Under the pieces are notes generated by a model. The model ran no database searches and was not told where the DNA came from. It saw only the letters and a list, made by a program, of their open reading frames with translations. A program made the position numbers and the translations under genes. From the NCBI GenBank assembly GCA_951406725.2, contig OX597827.1:44392001-44456000 (forward strand): a stretch of 64,000 nt of DNA, written 5' to 3'. Source of the DNA: Octopus vulgaris. Its lineage: Eukaryota. This document shows, piece by piece, positions 1 to 13,924 of this stretch (position 1 is its first letter; every line of letters begins with the position of its first letter).

Positions 1-117
1 ACAAATGAAAGAGAAAAATGACTTACGAAGCAGACACTAAACAGAGGTGCTGAAAACATGCTTAAATTACAGCAGGGTAATTCACTATGTGGAAATTAAA
101 ACCATATGTTTTTATAG

Positions 118-121
<4 letters not shown>

Positions 122-189
<68 letters not shown>
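122..189. repeat. (TA)n microsatellite
   Basis: Perfect TA run. Confidence 0.98.
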
Positions 190-194
<5 letters not shown>

Positions 195-938
195 GAAAAA
201 GGGTGGGGGGAAAATCACTTTTACTTGTAAGGGTGCAAGTTACCTTATTCAGTCTGGGTACCATTCCACCAAGGAAAAAAAAAATTACCTTTAAGTTTGC
301 GGAGTTGCTAAAAGGAGATATGAGGAAGCAACACAATGCAAATATCACATAGAAACATGAAGAAAAGAAAATGAAGAATGGAGAAGAGAATTATTTTTTT
401 AAAATTCTAAATAAAGATGGGGAAAATAATAAAAGATATACAGAAAATTTGATTTTATTAACTACTCAAAAGAGGAGAAAAATTATTATTCCTAACACTG
501 AGAAAAGATGAGGAAATTTGAAGGGAAAGATATTAAAACTGGACATCAACTCATATTTAACCTCAGGTCAGCCTTAACTGAGCAGGCATATGATCAAGTG
601 CATTCCGGCCATAACAATCCTGGCTTTCAATCAGATATGGTATATGTTGGGGTACATTATCCATTGTTTCTTCCCCAATGGCTTCGGCAGAAGAATAAAG
701 CAATATATATTCCTTGAAGACTGGTAGGCAAGAGAAAATTATCATCAAACCAGAGACATAGCTCCAGGGTTAAACCAGGTGATGAAGCAAGTCGGCCTCC
801 CAAAAGCAACGCCAGTCCTTTCCATCTGTTTTCATTGCAATTTCCAATAATCAAATTTCAACTCAAAATGTAAAGCCAATTGAAACGCTGCTAATCATTT
901 TGGTCTCATTGCAGAAAAGATTCTGCCAACTTACTACC

Positions 939-939
<1 letters not shown>

Positions 940-980
<41 letters not shown>

Positions 981-1340
981 GCTTCAAATTTTGGCACAAG
1001 GCCAACAATTTTGGGGGACAGGGTAAGTCAATTATATCAACCCCAGTGCTCAACTGGTACTTATTTTATTGACCTGAAAGGTTGAAAGGCAAAGACAACC
1101 TTGGTGGAATTTGAACTCAGGACAGATGAAATTCTTAGAAGTATTTCACCCAGCATAATAATAATGGCTTCAAATTTTGGCACAAGGCCAGCAATTTCGG
1201 GGGACCGGGTAAATCAATTATATCAAACCCAGTGCTCAACTGGTACTTATTTTATCGACCCCGAAAGGATGAAAGACAAAGTTGACCGCAGAATGTAAAG
1301 ATAGATGAAATGCTGTTAAACATTTTGCCTGGCATAATAT
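940..1340 (-). mobile_element. Two tandem copies of tRNA-derived SINE family 1 with (TAA)n tails
   Basis: The unit ggcttcaaattttggcacaaggcc...ggtacttattttat...aaaggcaaag occurs twice; same family as 18027-18252. Confidence 0.85.
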
Positions 1341-2988
1341 TAACAATAAATCCAGCTCAGCTCAAAGTGCTGTTTTCTGTCAAGCAGAAGATTTGGACTG
1401 CAATCTGGTAGTCAAGGCAAATATACAGCAGAAAATTTGCCAATTGATAACAATTTCCTATACAGGTACAGAGTGAAAAGTAAGTAACAGAGCAGATACA
1501 AACAACTGAAAGTGATAATTCCACAAATATGTTTCAACAATGTTGAAAGAAATGAGAAAGAGTGAGCTCTAGAGGGATTTGAATTAACTGGAAACAAGTA
1601 AATGAATCTAAACGTTAAGCAAAGCACTGGATGCTCTATTATTCCTGTCATGATATCTACCATATTGTCATCATCATCATCATCATTGTTATCGTCTGCA
1701 TGTACAGCTTTCCATGCTTGCATGGATGGGTCAGATGGAATTTGGTGAGGCAGATTTTCTCTGGTTTAATACCCTCTATGTTAAGTCTCACCTATTTCCA
1801 AGTAAGGTAATATTTCTCCATGACCAGACATGTTTTCACAGAAGATAGGAAACGAAGGACACCGCCTGCAGTACAGTGACACTCGTTTACAACTATCACA
1901 TGGAAAGCAACACAAGAAGATCGTCACACACACGACAAACTTCTTTCACTTTCTATCTATCAAATCCACTCGCAAGATTTTGGTCAACCCAGAACTAGAG
2001 CCAGAAAACACTTCACCGATGTGCCAGGCAGTGGGACAACCCAAAACACGTATGGTTGAGAAGCAGACTTCTTACCACACAGCCATACCCGTACCTAATG
2101 TTAATTGTAAACAGTTGCAGTCCTTCAGAAACATGAAAGGCTGCTTGCTGCTGCAAGGAAGATAACATTGCAAATGTCAAGTAAACAGGAGCGATTTACA
2201 AGAAATGAGAAACAAAACCAAGCCTCCATGTCGCCTAAGACAAGACACAGTTGATCAATTAAACCCCAAGTACAGATGAAACAGTATAATCGATCAAATC
2301 GACGGCTACTTTTTGATTAGAAAGAGAAGGGGGGTTGCTTTTGTATATGTGTTGAAATAGTAAAGCAAAATTTAGAAAAATATTAAAATCTGTTCAAAGT
2401 TTTTTTTTTTTTTTTTGCAAAGAATTTTCCAAAACAAAACCAAAAAAAGAAAAAAATTCAACAAAAAATTGGCAAAAACAAAATATTTCTTTGATATATT
2501 TTTAAGTTTCTGTTTTGGCTTCAACAACCAATTAAAATATCAATTAGTCAAAACACATTAACAGACAATAAACCAATACATATAAAAACTACTAATGGCA
2601 GTTGGAGTGGGAGCAGATAGAAGAAGAGTAAGTGGGGATGGGGACCCCACACTGGAATATCAATGGAGGCAAAATAGTGGAAGTATGAGTATGGGCAAAT
2701 AAGTGAATATAGTAGTAGTAGTAGCAGCAACAGCGATGTTAGTAGAGCTGGTAATAAATGTTGCAAGCAATGAATGTGGTGGTGGTGGTGGTGGTAGTAG
2801 GAGGAGGAGGTGCACATTGGAGTAATACATGTTAGTTTGGACATAAACTGGATTATGGTCTGTGACTTGTGTTGATGGTTAACGCTGAGAGAGAGAGAGA
2901 GAGAGAGAGAAATGAAAATGGGTGTTTTTGCTTTTTTCTTTGCAGAATCATGCATTGTATGGCAATGAATGAAAAAGGGATTAGCTGT

Positions 2989-3551
2989 TTAACCCTTTTG
3001 ATACCAACCCAGCTGAAACTGTCTCTGGCTCTATAGTACAAATGTCTTGTTTTCAACAGTTCTGAATTAAAATCTTCCGCCAAACCTGAGTTACAATTTG
3101 TTCCTAACACTAGCTTAATAATAACCAAGTTAATTTTCTAAATTCTTTGATCATCATCATCGTTTAATTTCTGCTTTCTATGCTGGCATGAGTTGGATGG
3201 TTTCACTCAGGTCTGGCAAGCCAGTGGGCAGCACCAGGCTCCAATCTCATCTGGCAATGATTCTACAGCTGGATGCCCTTCCTAACGCCAACCACTCCGA
3301 CAGTGTAGTGGGTGCTTTTTACATGCCACCAGCACAGGAGCCAGTCAGGGGACACTAGCATCAACCATGTTCAGATGGTGCTTTTTACATGCCACCTGTA
3401 TGGGAACCAGTCGGGGAGCACTGGTATTGACCACAATCGGATGGTGCTTTGTACATGCCACCAGCGTAGGGGCCCAGTGGGACATTATATTTAAAATTAA
3501 TTAAAAGAAACACATAACATCTCAACAGAAATATGGTAACAAGAGGGTTAA
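2989..3551. mobile_element. TTAA-flanked MITE (piggyBac-like ends) interrupted by a SINE-like repeat at ~3149-3484
   Basis: TTAACCCTTTTGATACC...GGTAACAAGAGGGTTAA; related copies at ~59955-60140 and ~60497-60751. Confidence 0.75.
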
Positions 3552-4635
3552 GTAACGTCACTGTAGGTGTGGTAAGAGATGAAGAAGGGGTTTGAGTTCA
3601 TGGGTGACAGTAAGAATGACAAGAGATGAAACTGATGGGAGAAAGAGGCTTATGCTTCAGAATGATAGTGTGTATGGCAAAAGATGAGGAAGAGATAGAG
3701 GCTTCAAGACAGAGTCATATAACAAATGAGATGGGTGTTTTAAGCAGGGTCATCATACATATGGTGAAAGATGAAGAAGCTAATGTTCTAGCAAGGATAT
3801 TTGATAGGAGGGAAAATGTTACTTTTTGGCCAATTCAGTAAACAGTAAACAAAAATTTTTTTAAATCTTCTTGTGCCAATGAGAATTCACAGCGGTAGTA
3901 ATGATGGAGAAGCAAATACTAACCAGCTGTAGATAACATGTCAAAGATTTTCTGGTGATTATTCCTTAACAGCTAAATTGAACAAGCATATACAGAAACA
4001 AAATAACGTTTGTACTCTTTATCTCAATTCTCCCTGCTCTTTCTTCACCATTTCTAGCTCCTCTATGCTCTAATCTCAGGTTCCACCAGGGCTACCTCAT
4101 TTCTTATAATATTTTTTTTTAAGTAGCAGTTATATACCACGGCCTTCAAACCAACTTCTCATACAAGAAAACGATATACTCTGTGCCAAATCAATAAGAA
4201 ATCTTTATTTTCAAAACCGTTATTCCAACATGAAAGCTTCAATGACTAAAGAGAGAAAGACACGGTACTTGCAAGTTATGATAGCACCCAAAATAAACAA
4301 AAAGTAATCAGCTTCTATGACATCATACATTCTTTGGTTAGGAACAGATAAATGATTAAATGCTTTTTTAAAAAAAAAAACATTGCCAGACACGTAAAAT
4401 AAATTTGTTATGCCAACTGTACAGAATGCATTCTTAGAGTAAGTGGGGGAGATGACAAGATACTAACTAAATACATATATGAATGAATAAAAAATTTAGC
4501 AATAAGGTCATTATCAAGCCTGCCACACCGAACAATGGTACTTGTCTCCATCTTGGATTGCTGATTGTTGATAATTTTTGAGAGATCTCTTACAGCATGA
4601 AACCAATGGTAGCCTTGTTAACCCACATATAAAGT

Positions 4636-4817
4636 ACACTCACACACACATACATATATATATGAATGTATGTGTTTGTATATATATGAGTGCATGTGTG
4701 TGTGTGTATATATATAATGTATGTATGTGTATATATTTATGTGTACATATATATGTATGTATATATATATGTGTGAATGTGTGCGCGTGTGTATACAGAT
4801 ATATGTATGTATATATA

Positions 4818-4878
<61 letters not shown>

Positions 4879-4892
4879 GTATGTGTGTGTGT
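4636..4892. repeat. Compound (TA)/(TG) microsatellite
   Basis: Direct inspection. Confidence 0.95.
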
Positions 4893-4897
4893 TGTAT

Positions 4898-5255
4898 AAG
4901 CACCATTCGAGCGTGATCATTACCAGTGTCACCTCACTGGCAATTGTGCTGGTGGCACATGAAAAGTAACATTTAAGCGAGGTCGTTGCCAGTGCTGCTG
5001 GACTGGCTCCTATGCAGGTGGCACATAAAAAACACCATCTGAGCGTGGTCATTGCCAGTACCACGTGACTGGCCTACGTGCTGATGGCATGTAAAAGCAC
5101 CCACTACAGTCTCAGAGTGGTTGGCATTAGGAAGGGCATCCAGCTGTAGAAACTCTGCCAGATCAGATTGGAGCCTGATGCAGTCCATCTGGCTAGCCAG
5201 TCCTCAGTCAAACCCATGCCAGCATGGAAAGCGGACGTTAAACGACGATGATGAT
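4898..5255 (+). mobile_element. SINE-like repeat family 3 (GTTGGCATTAGGAAGGGCATCCAGCTGTAGAAAC core, (GAT)n tail)
   Basis: Homologous copies at ~3149-3484(-), ~17385-17700(+), ~23455-23823(+) and ~55280-55510(-). Confidence 0.8.
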
Positions 5256-5755
5256 ATATAAAGCTGTATCTCATATTTTGGATATCTAAATGGTCAATTT
5301 TTTTTTTATATATAATGGTTGGCTGCAGAAACTAATGGTTAAATAGGTGGCCACTTTCGAAACCATGACTGCCATTCCTGAAAGAACTTCATATTAATTT
5401 CGGAGGCTAGAAACATGCAGACATAGCATTAACAGCTAATAAAAAACTTCACGTACATAGTATGAATGTTTGTTTTTATTACGATTGTAAGCAGATAGGT
5501 GTGATGTGAGGGATGCAATGATGATGGCATCAACCAGATTTAAAATCCATACAGTAAGTTTTTCTTACAGACTTTTTCTCACAGATTAAATATATCTGTT
5601 TTTCAAAATCCCATCTCAAACAAACAATCCTTTGTTAATATGTTGAGTTTTAAAATTTCTACAAGATGTCCAAAAATTATCTACATCTTGTATTTTGCTT
5701 TTGGCTTTTTTCAGAAACAAACAAGCACCAAGAAACCAAAAGTGTGTGTGTGTAT

Positions 5756-5792
<37 letters not shown>

Positions 5793-8606
5793 GTGATGGT
5801 GGTGGTTGTTGTTGGTAAATGGTACAACTTTGAAGTAAAAGATCTTATAACAGTAGAATACCAAGTTTAAAAGAATTCCTTAGAGAAAAGACTGAAGGCT
5901 GGGGCTTTTTGACCTAGTATTTTGTATTCTATTATTTATAGCTTTCTCTACTTCAAGTTCCACTGTTTAAAAACAATATATTAATATCTCTTCAAATTTC
6001 TAAATTTTCATAATGTAAACAATGCACACACACACACACTTCATTTTCACTTGAAAGAGGGGAACATCTTTCCCAAGATATTTGCCAGCAATTTTCTGCA
6101 TTAAACCCAAATTCAAAGCTCTGTAACCTAAAGATATACAAATGAAAATACACATACACACACAGAAACCTGTTAGTATCTGTAACAGACAGGAAATTTG
6201 GAAAAACTACTATTCTATAAAATGAACCTCTTTTGTACTTGATATACAAAAATTACATTTTGTCTTTCTTTTTTTCATTCTTTTTGTTTCGAATTTTTTT
6301 TCCTTCCCTTCCCAAGAATGTTTATTCCGACTGCTGCAAAAATGAATCTCAGTTACAAGACATATTATTATTACACTACTCTACCCACACAATTATAGTT
6401 TTTCAGTTTTGTTTTGCAAGAATGGCAAAAACAAGGTCACTTGGTATTTAAGTGAGAAACAAGAACGGTTTTATGTTCATAGCTTTATTGAAACACTATT
6501 TATACCTCAATTTCAATGAGGAGATCAGTTATTGCTCAACAGTTGAACAAAATGAAACCAACAAAAGAAAAAGTTAATAAACAGAGAAAAAACATAGGAT
6601 ATAACAGTGAACAAAATATTTTAAAAAAAATTTTTTTTTAAACTAGGAAATTTCATAGTTCTCTCAAAATCACTCAACTGAATAGTGGAGAAAAAAAAAA
6701 ACTTTTAAGAAAGAGATAAATAAATAAAGTAAAGTTGTAATCATCATAGGAATATAAGTGAAAATACCTTTTCAACATGAGACAAAAAAAAAAAAAAAAG
6801 CATTACTTAAATTAATTCTTTCATGACTAGAGAATGTAATTTAGGTTTGAAAACGACAGAAGTCTAAGAGTAGAGAGGAAATATAAAAAGAAAACAGTGA
6901 TAAAAATATTATTAAAATGAAATAAAATGAAATGAATATTTTAAAATGAAGTGCTAAAACAATAAAAAAAAAAAACTAAGAAAAAATACACCCCGGAAAA
7001 ACAAACATCTATGCATAGTAAATGATATATGTTGGGGCTGGAGCTTTAAACCTGAAAATGCAAATTGGGTATCAATCAGCATCTACTTCATACATGATGT
7101 GTGTAGATGCAGTAATACAATACAATTAGAAGGAATAAATTACTTAGAGAGCTTCTTTAAGACAAACTTTCCAACCAAAATGTTCCATCAACTCTATTTA
7201 TGACTACTTAATGACGATGACAAAGACAACAAAAACAACAACACCAACACCATCACCATCAGACTTCAATTTGCAAACTAATAATAATAATAATAATGAC
7301 TACTAAAAGTCTACAATTGCTAATATAAAAACAAAAACAGAGGATGGAAAAGAGGAAAGAAAGAAAAAGGAAAAATCCAACATGTTGAAAGTGATATATA
7401 GAAAAGATAAAGTAATAATAATAATATAAATAACAAAATTTTCTTAATTTTGTTTAAATACTGGAAGCAAGTGCTATGCATTCAATGTAATCTGATTGAG
7501 CAGAAAGTTAGGAAATTTAAATGAATAATCAGATTACTTGAATTCTCAATCATCTTAAATTTATTTTTGTTTACCTGAATTTCCATTTACTCCCCGCCGC
7601 CAAACGTAGTTAGATCAACCGCTTACAACTATAAACTATATCTACAGTAATTTGGATTGCTGTGATGATACTGCCACATTAACATGGAGCTAAATAAAGG
7701 AGAGGGGGGTAGTGAAGAATTTAGGATAGACCTCAAGGAAGGCAGTATTGTCTAAGTAGAGAACATTAGTGTTAACCTCAGGTGATGTTAGAGATACAGG
7801 TTTCGACTCAGGTAACAAGATATCAGAGCCTGCTTTTGTGATCCACAAGTACTTTGTCACTTTTAACAGTACAGTTTGTTTCCTCAAATTCCTATCAGTT
7901 CCAAGTTAAACAACCAAACAAAGCCCATCAAGAAGTGGTGGAACAGAGAGAAAATTCTTGTAAGACTAAGTTCTTTCAGGCTGGTATCAAGGGGCATACA
8001 CAGACAGAGTTCACTCCAACACACCAGTTAGTATTAAGCAATGTAAACCTCTGAAAAGTCCAACCAAAACCTCATGAAATATCACAGTGCCTCTATATAG
8101 TCTCTTTACATGGTTGAATAACAAACAGTAAAATATCTCATCTCCCTCAAATAACACTAAAGTCTTACACAGAAGACTGTAAGTGTACATATACTGCCCA
8201 AGAAAATACTAAATGGGGTTAAAACACCTGGTTATCCTTGGATACCATCTAATAACATCAATTCCTCTTGGCTACAGTTCCATTCACTTTGGAGAATGGA
8301 AAAGAAGCACCTTCTAGGTGTTATCAATAACATATACATACATATATATGTATATATATATATTGAATAATGTGATTGTACATATAATACCTGAGTAAAA
8401 AAACAAGATGATTAAAGCTAGAGAAGCTGTAGTCATAGCCGAGGCTAAAGGCGACAAAAACAAAATACAGGATGGCCAAGTCACAGATCTGTCCTGTACA
8501 ACTTCAGGGAAGTACTCAAGATTTTATGGACCCACTGAGACTGGACCATAATCAATGGTGTGTAAGTATGTATACATACATACATAAATATATATATATA
8601 TATACC

Positions 8607-8963
8607 AGGAGTGGCTGTGTGGTAAGTAGCTTGCTTACCAACCACATGGTTCTGGTTTCAGTCCCACTGTGTGGCTCCTTGGGCAAGTGTCTTCTACTAT
8701 AGCCTTGGGCCAACTAAAGCCTTGTGAGTAGATTTGGTAGATGGAAACTGAAAGAAGCCCATCATGTATGAGTGTGTGTGTGTGTGTGTGTGCATGTTTG
8801 TCCCCCCACCATCACTTGACAACCGATAACTTAGCAGTTCAGCAAAAGAGACTGATAGAATAAGTACTAGGCTCACAAAGAACAAGTCTTGGGGTCGATT
8901 TGTTTGACTAAATGCGGTGCTCCAGCATGGCCACAGTCAAATGACTGAAACAAATAAAAGAAT
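8607..8963 (+). mobile_element. tRNA-derived SINE family 2 (CORE-like CCTTGGGCAAGT segment, internal (TG)n)
   Basis: A-box-like TGGCTGTGTGGTAAG and B-box-like GTTTCAGTCCC; antisense copies at ~12086-12427, ~21540-21912, ~25229-25810 and ~54768-55178. Confidence 0.85.
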
Positions 8964-11070
8964 GTATATGTTCAACTTGGGCACTTGTAATACGGCATCT
9001 GTTAGAAATACATGGGCAGTAACATAGGAATGGGGGGGTGCTGCACAGGGTTTGGGGGGAGGGGCAGGAGAGAACCAATGAAAACAGGGAGAAACAAGAA
9101 GGTGGAAAGATAGGAAGTGCCAAGTGGAGGTAGAATACAACTACGACAACTATTGCAGCACGAGAAATACACATACACACACACGTATATGCATGTGTTT
9201 GATATTTATGTAAATAATAATAATAATCAATACACACATACAACAATAATAAAATCTGAAAGAAAATGTGATATCTCATCAACAAGAATTGAATAGCATT
9301 CAAATTGCCTGTCGGCAAGGCAAGTGATATAATTCAATTTACATTGTTGAGGTATTGTTACATTTTCTTTATTCTCCTTCATCTCATATATGTATATTGA
9401 TCCATACCATTTACATATTATTTACATAAATTATTCACTGAAACAATCAATTGTGAAATAAATGGAGACAAAACACTTAACACTGTTTTTGAACAGCATT
9501 AATAGAAACTATATTTGAGTCTGTTCTGCAGTTATTTTATACATGTAAAATTTGCTTTGATAAGTAGTGGCAAGCCATATTTGAGCACTTTTCTTCTGAA
9601 TCGAATCATTGAAATTTGTTTATTTTCGCATGTATTATCTATTTTAAAGCTATTCAGCTGATAAAAATTTGAAAGAAAAACAAAAAAAACTGCTTCAAAA
9701 TGTAAGTTCTCACAATCTTTTGGTGACAATTTTTGGGTAGCATCACATTTCATAGACAACAGGATGCTGTCTTGACTAAGTGGAATCTCTACACCTCAAG
9801 ACTTTTTGACTGCCCAATTAGTTGCTGGTATATTAATAACACCGCAAGTCACAATTGTGACGTACCCACTTACGTATCTCTAATGGTAAAATAGTGTACC
9901 CTGCTAAAATATCTATAATGGTATCATTGTAGACAAATGTACCCCCAGTCAAATCACAGCAATGAATGCAGACAAGTGTTCCCTGCTCAAATATTTGCAA
10001 TGGCACAGATGCTGCCTTCACATTTTAGATTGAGTATGAAAAAAAAAATATTAAAAAGACAGCCAAATCTTCCCCAAACAATAACTCGCCAATGTTCTGT
10101 CTCACATCCACCTTTCTCTCCTATTGTTACTAGAGCAGATGCTGTTTCATTAAATAAGCAAACTAAAGTACAACTCCTACTTCAGCACAATACATCTGCC
10201 TCTCTTTCTCTCATCCTCTCTACCACACCTTATTCCTTATACACACCTTCCAAACCTTCTTCAAATTGCAACTTTTTACAATACTCTTCCTATCCACATT
10301 TGTTTTTCCCTGGGAGCTGTATCTTTATAGAAAATCTTTAGATGATAGACTTAATTCATCACCCAGTTTAATAACCACACACACACTCCAACACCATGAT
10401 CTTGGGTGCCTTGATGCATCATTTCCTATTACAAAAAACTAATGTGTTGTTGAGGATGACAAAAATCCATCCTTTGCACCTCTACACTCTCAGAGACACT
10501 ACAAAAGGTTGTGTGAGGCCCTGTCTTTCACAAACCAAGCAATAAAATAGATTTATTTTTTTTTTTTTTTTTTTTTGAAGCTAAACATCACTAAACATCA
10601 AAAGCATGGTTGAGAGGGCCTGCAAGAGCTATAGATACAGGCCCTTTTTACTGGATTAAATAATAATAAAATAATTAATAATAAAATATGGGGTGGCAAG
10701 AGCAAGGAGCAGAACTGCTGTTGATGAAGTCCTTAACCAAATTATCTCCTATGTTTGCCATAAAAAAATTTAAAACAAAGCCAAGGACAGGTAGTCACCT
10801 GGGGGCCCGTGACAAGGACAAAAACATAACAGATAAAGGGATCAGACTGCAATAAGAAAGTGGGTTATGCCAGCATATGTGTCCATGCACATGAATACAC
10901 GCATGCAACTTAATTTCTGCATTGAAGAATACAAAAAAAAAAAAACTATATGAAGAAAAATCAAAACCAGTACAAGTAACTAATGTTTTGCTACACATCA
11001 ATGTGGAAACGCCTCAGCATTGCCGCCACCAGAGCCTCACCAGATACAACAACAAGAACAACGCAGGCTA

Positions 11071-11256
<186 letters not shown>

Positions 11257-11273
11257 TTAACACATTATGTACA

Positions 11274-11494
11274 TTAAGCCTTTAAGCATTTAAACCGGTC
11301 ATATCTGGCCAAAATATTCTACTATGTGCTAACTGGCCCGATCTGACCTCTCACAACAACTCTACAATATCATTCTAAAAATTAGCGGTTAGCCCGTCAA
11401 TATATCAGAGCCACAAGATAATGCATGATTAATTCAAAACAACATGAATAAATAAGCATTACTTTTGACACTGATCTGAATGCTAATGGGTTAA
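11274..11494. mobile_element. TTAA-flanked ~220-bp MITE
   Basis: Imperfect TIRs; homologous to 12886-13114 (opposite orientation), 39474-39685 and ~28917-29112. Confidence 0.8.
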
Positions 11495-12085
11495 TCTATA
11501 CACTTGTTTATTTACAAGTACGTGTGTATGTAAGCATGTATTTGCAAGTGTATGCTCATGTACATATATATAAGTGTGTGTGTCATTATTATTTTAAAAT
11601 CTACTTTTTTATCTCTTGCAAGACGCACACACTCACATGCTTACACACACAAAAGGCTGTGGAGCCTAATACAGTCTATTGTTTTTTTTTTATTTTTTAC
11701 TGCCTAACTTCCAGGAACCCAATGTATAACCGACTCCTAAATGTAAACAGTAATGTAATAAATTAGCATTCCCAATTTCTCAAATGCTAATTTGTTTTCT
11801 GCACCGAAAATAATCGAATCAAATGCAAGGACTTCTAACAAACAACTAATAGAAACAGGTCTGAATCTAAGAAGATTAGAGAAAACTTTGTATTTTTGAT
11901 ATAAGCCCTATTTAATCGATTAAATACAGTGATTCTAAGATTTTTTTTTACAGGGATAAACTTTCCAATCTTTCACAATAAACAATTTTAATATCATTTA
12001 ATGCTGTTGTTATGTTACATTCCTTTAAATTTCATATATAAACAATGCTTTGATCTTGAAAAGCAGAATCTATATATATATATAT

Positions 12086-12427
12086 ATTCTTTTATCTGCT
12101 TCAGTCATTTGACTGTGGCCATGCTGCAGCACCGCCTATTAGTTGAACAAATCGATCCCAGGACCTATTCTGTCTGTCTTTTTTTGCCAAACCGCTAAGT
12201 TATGGGGATGTAAACACACCAGTATCAGTTGTCAAGCGATGGTGGGGGACAAACACAGACACATATTATATGTGTGTGTATGTATTTCTTTCAGTTTCCG
12301 TCTACCAAATCCCCTCACAAGGCTTTGGTTGGCCTGAGGAGACACTGTCCCAAGGTGCCAAGCAGTGGGACTTAACCCAGAACCATGTGGTTGGTAAGCA
12401 AGCCACTTACCACAAAGCCACTCCTAT
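12086..12427 (-). mobile_element. SINE family 2 copy
   Basis: Reverse complement of 8607-8963. Confidence 0.85.
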
Positions 12428-12885
12428 GTTATTGATGCACTGGTTTTGCAGACAGAAGCTCTTTCTGCTACTATTCCTCACCTGCCACCCAAATTCTGCC
12501 ATTTCCTCCAAATAAAGGATCGCTTATTCTACATGCTTTTCAAGAAAGAAAACCAGTGAATGAATTTGTGAGAGAGGAAGTAACGAGGTCTTCATATGCA
12601 GCTCAGTGATTTTTTAGAAGTGCAAATAGAAGCATGCACACTGGTTTCTTTCTAGTTTCCATCTACCAAATCCATTTCACTTAGCTTATAGAAGATGATT
12701 GCTCAACTTGAAACCACATGGTTTGGGAGAGAACTTCTTGACCACACACCATAGTGCGTGTACACAAAGGAAGAGGCAGGAAGCATGTACAGTTTAATAA
12801 ATATGTATATGTGTGTGTGTGTGTAACAAAAATAAAAACATCTCATATATATAGACCTAACTCAAATTATGTACTGATATGGAAT

Positions 12886-13114
12886 TTAACCCTTTAGAGT
12901 TCAGATTACTCTGTTAAATGTAATACTTTTTTCACTCGAATTGTTTTGAATTACTCATACATTATCTTACAGCTTTGAAGTTTCAATGGTGTGATAGCTT
13001 ATTCTTAGAATGTCAATGTCGGTTAGGTGTGAGGGGCTGGATATGGCCAGTTTGAATGTAAAACATGTAGGATATTTGGGCCGGATATGGCCGGCTTAAA
13101 CACCAAAGGGTTAA
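12886..13114. mobile_element. TTAA-flanked ~230-bp MITE
   Basis: TTAACCCTTT...AAAGGGTTAA termini. Confidence 0.85.
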
Positions 13115-13272
13115 AGATATAACAGTACGAACATATGTAACAAAAAAACATAGAGTTAGGTAAGAGATATTTATTATTCATTCAGGAACAAGTTAATATT
13201 TGTTATTTACCATAACCGAAGACAAGCTTTGAAATCTTAAATATTTTAGACTACAACAAACTTTAAGAATCA

Positions 13273-13599
<327 letters not shown>

Positions 13600-13924
13600 T
13601 TAAAAGAAAAAAAAAATATACATGAACCGCAACTCTATAAGAAAACAGCATTTAGTCACAATTATCTCCCTTAGCCACTTTGTTAAAGCTAGAAACAGTT
13701 TTCCTGTTAGGATTAATATTCACTAAGCTGTTTCTCTTATGACAAGAGTGCGGAATAATGAACTGAATAAACTCAAGCGCAATTTTGTAGCAATACGAAA
13801 TTATTCATAACCAATTTCGAATTTCATAAATATTACTTTTTGATTATTTTAAAATCAAATAAGCATATGGGCCCAAATTTAATAAATAAAATTGTAATAG
13901 ACATGGCTTTCCCAAAACTATTAT

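Noticed and set aside
563-748. Minus-strand ORF VFKEYILLYSSAEAIGEE... with an acceptor-like site, as the next CtBP exon
   Set aside because: No similarity to the expected GAFLVNTARG exon; part of it matches a dispersed repeat (gatcaa..gcattcc.gccat.ac.atcc, also at ~33955, ~37760 and ~53645).
3560-3840. Purine-rich ORF, possibly an antisense LINE relic
   Set aside because: No motif I could identify with confidence.
4578-5064. Several long ORFs rich in YI/HT/CV
   Set aside because: Translations of (TA)/(TG) microsatellites and a SINE.
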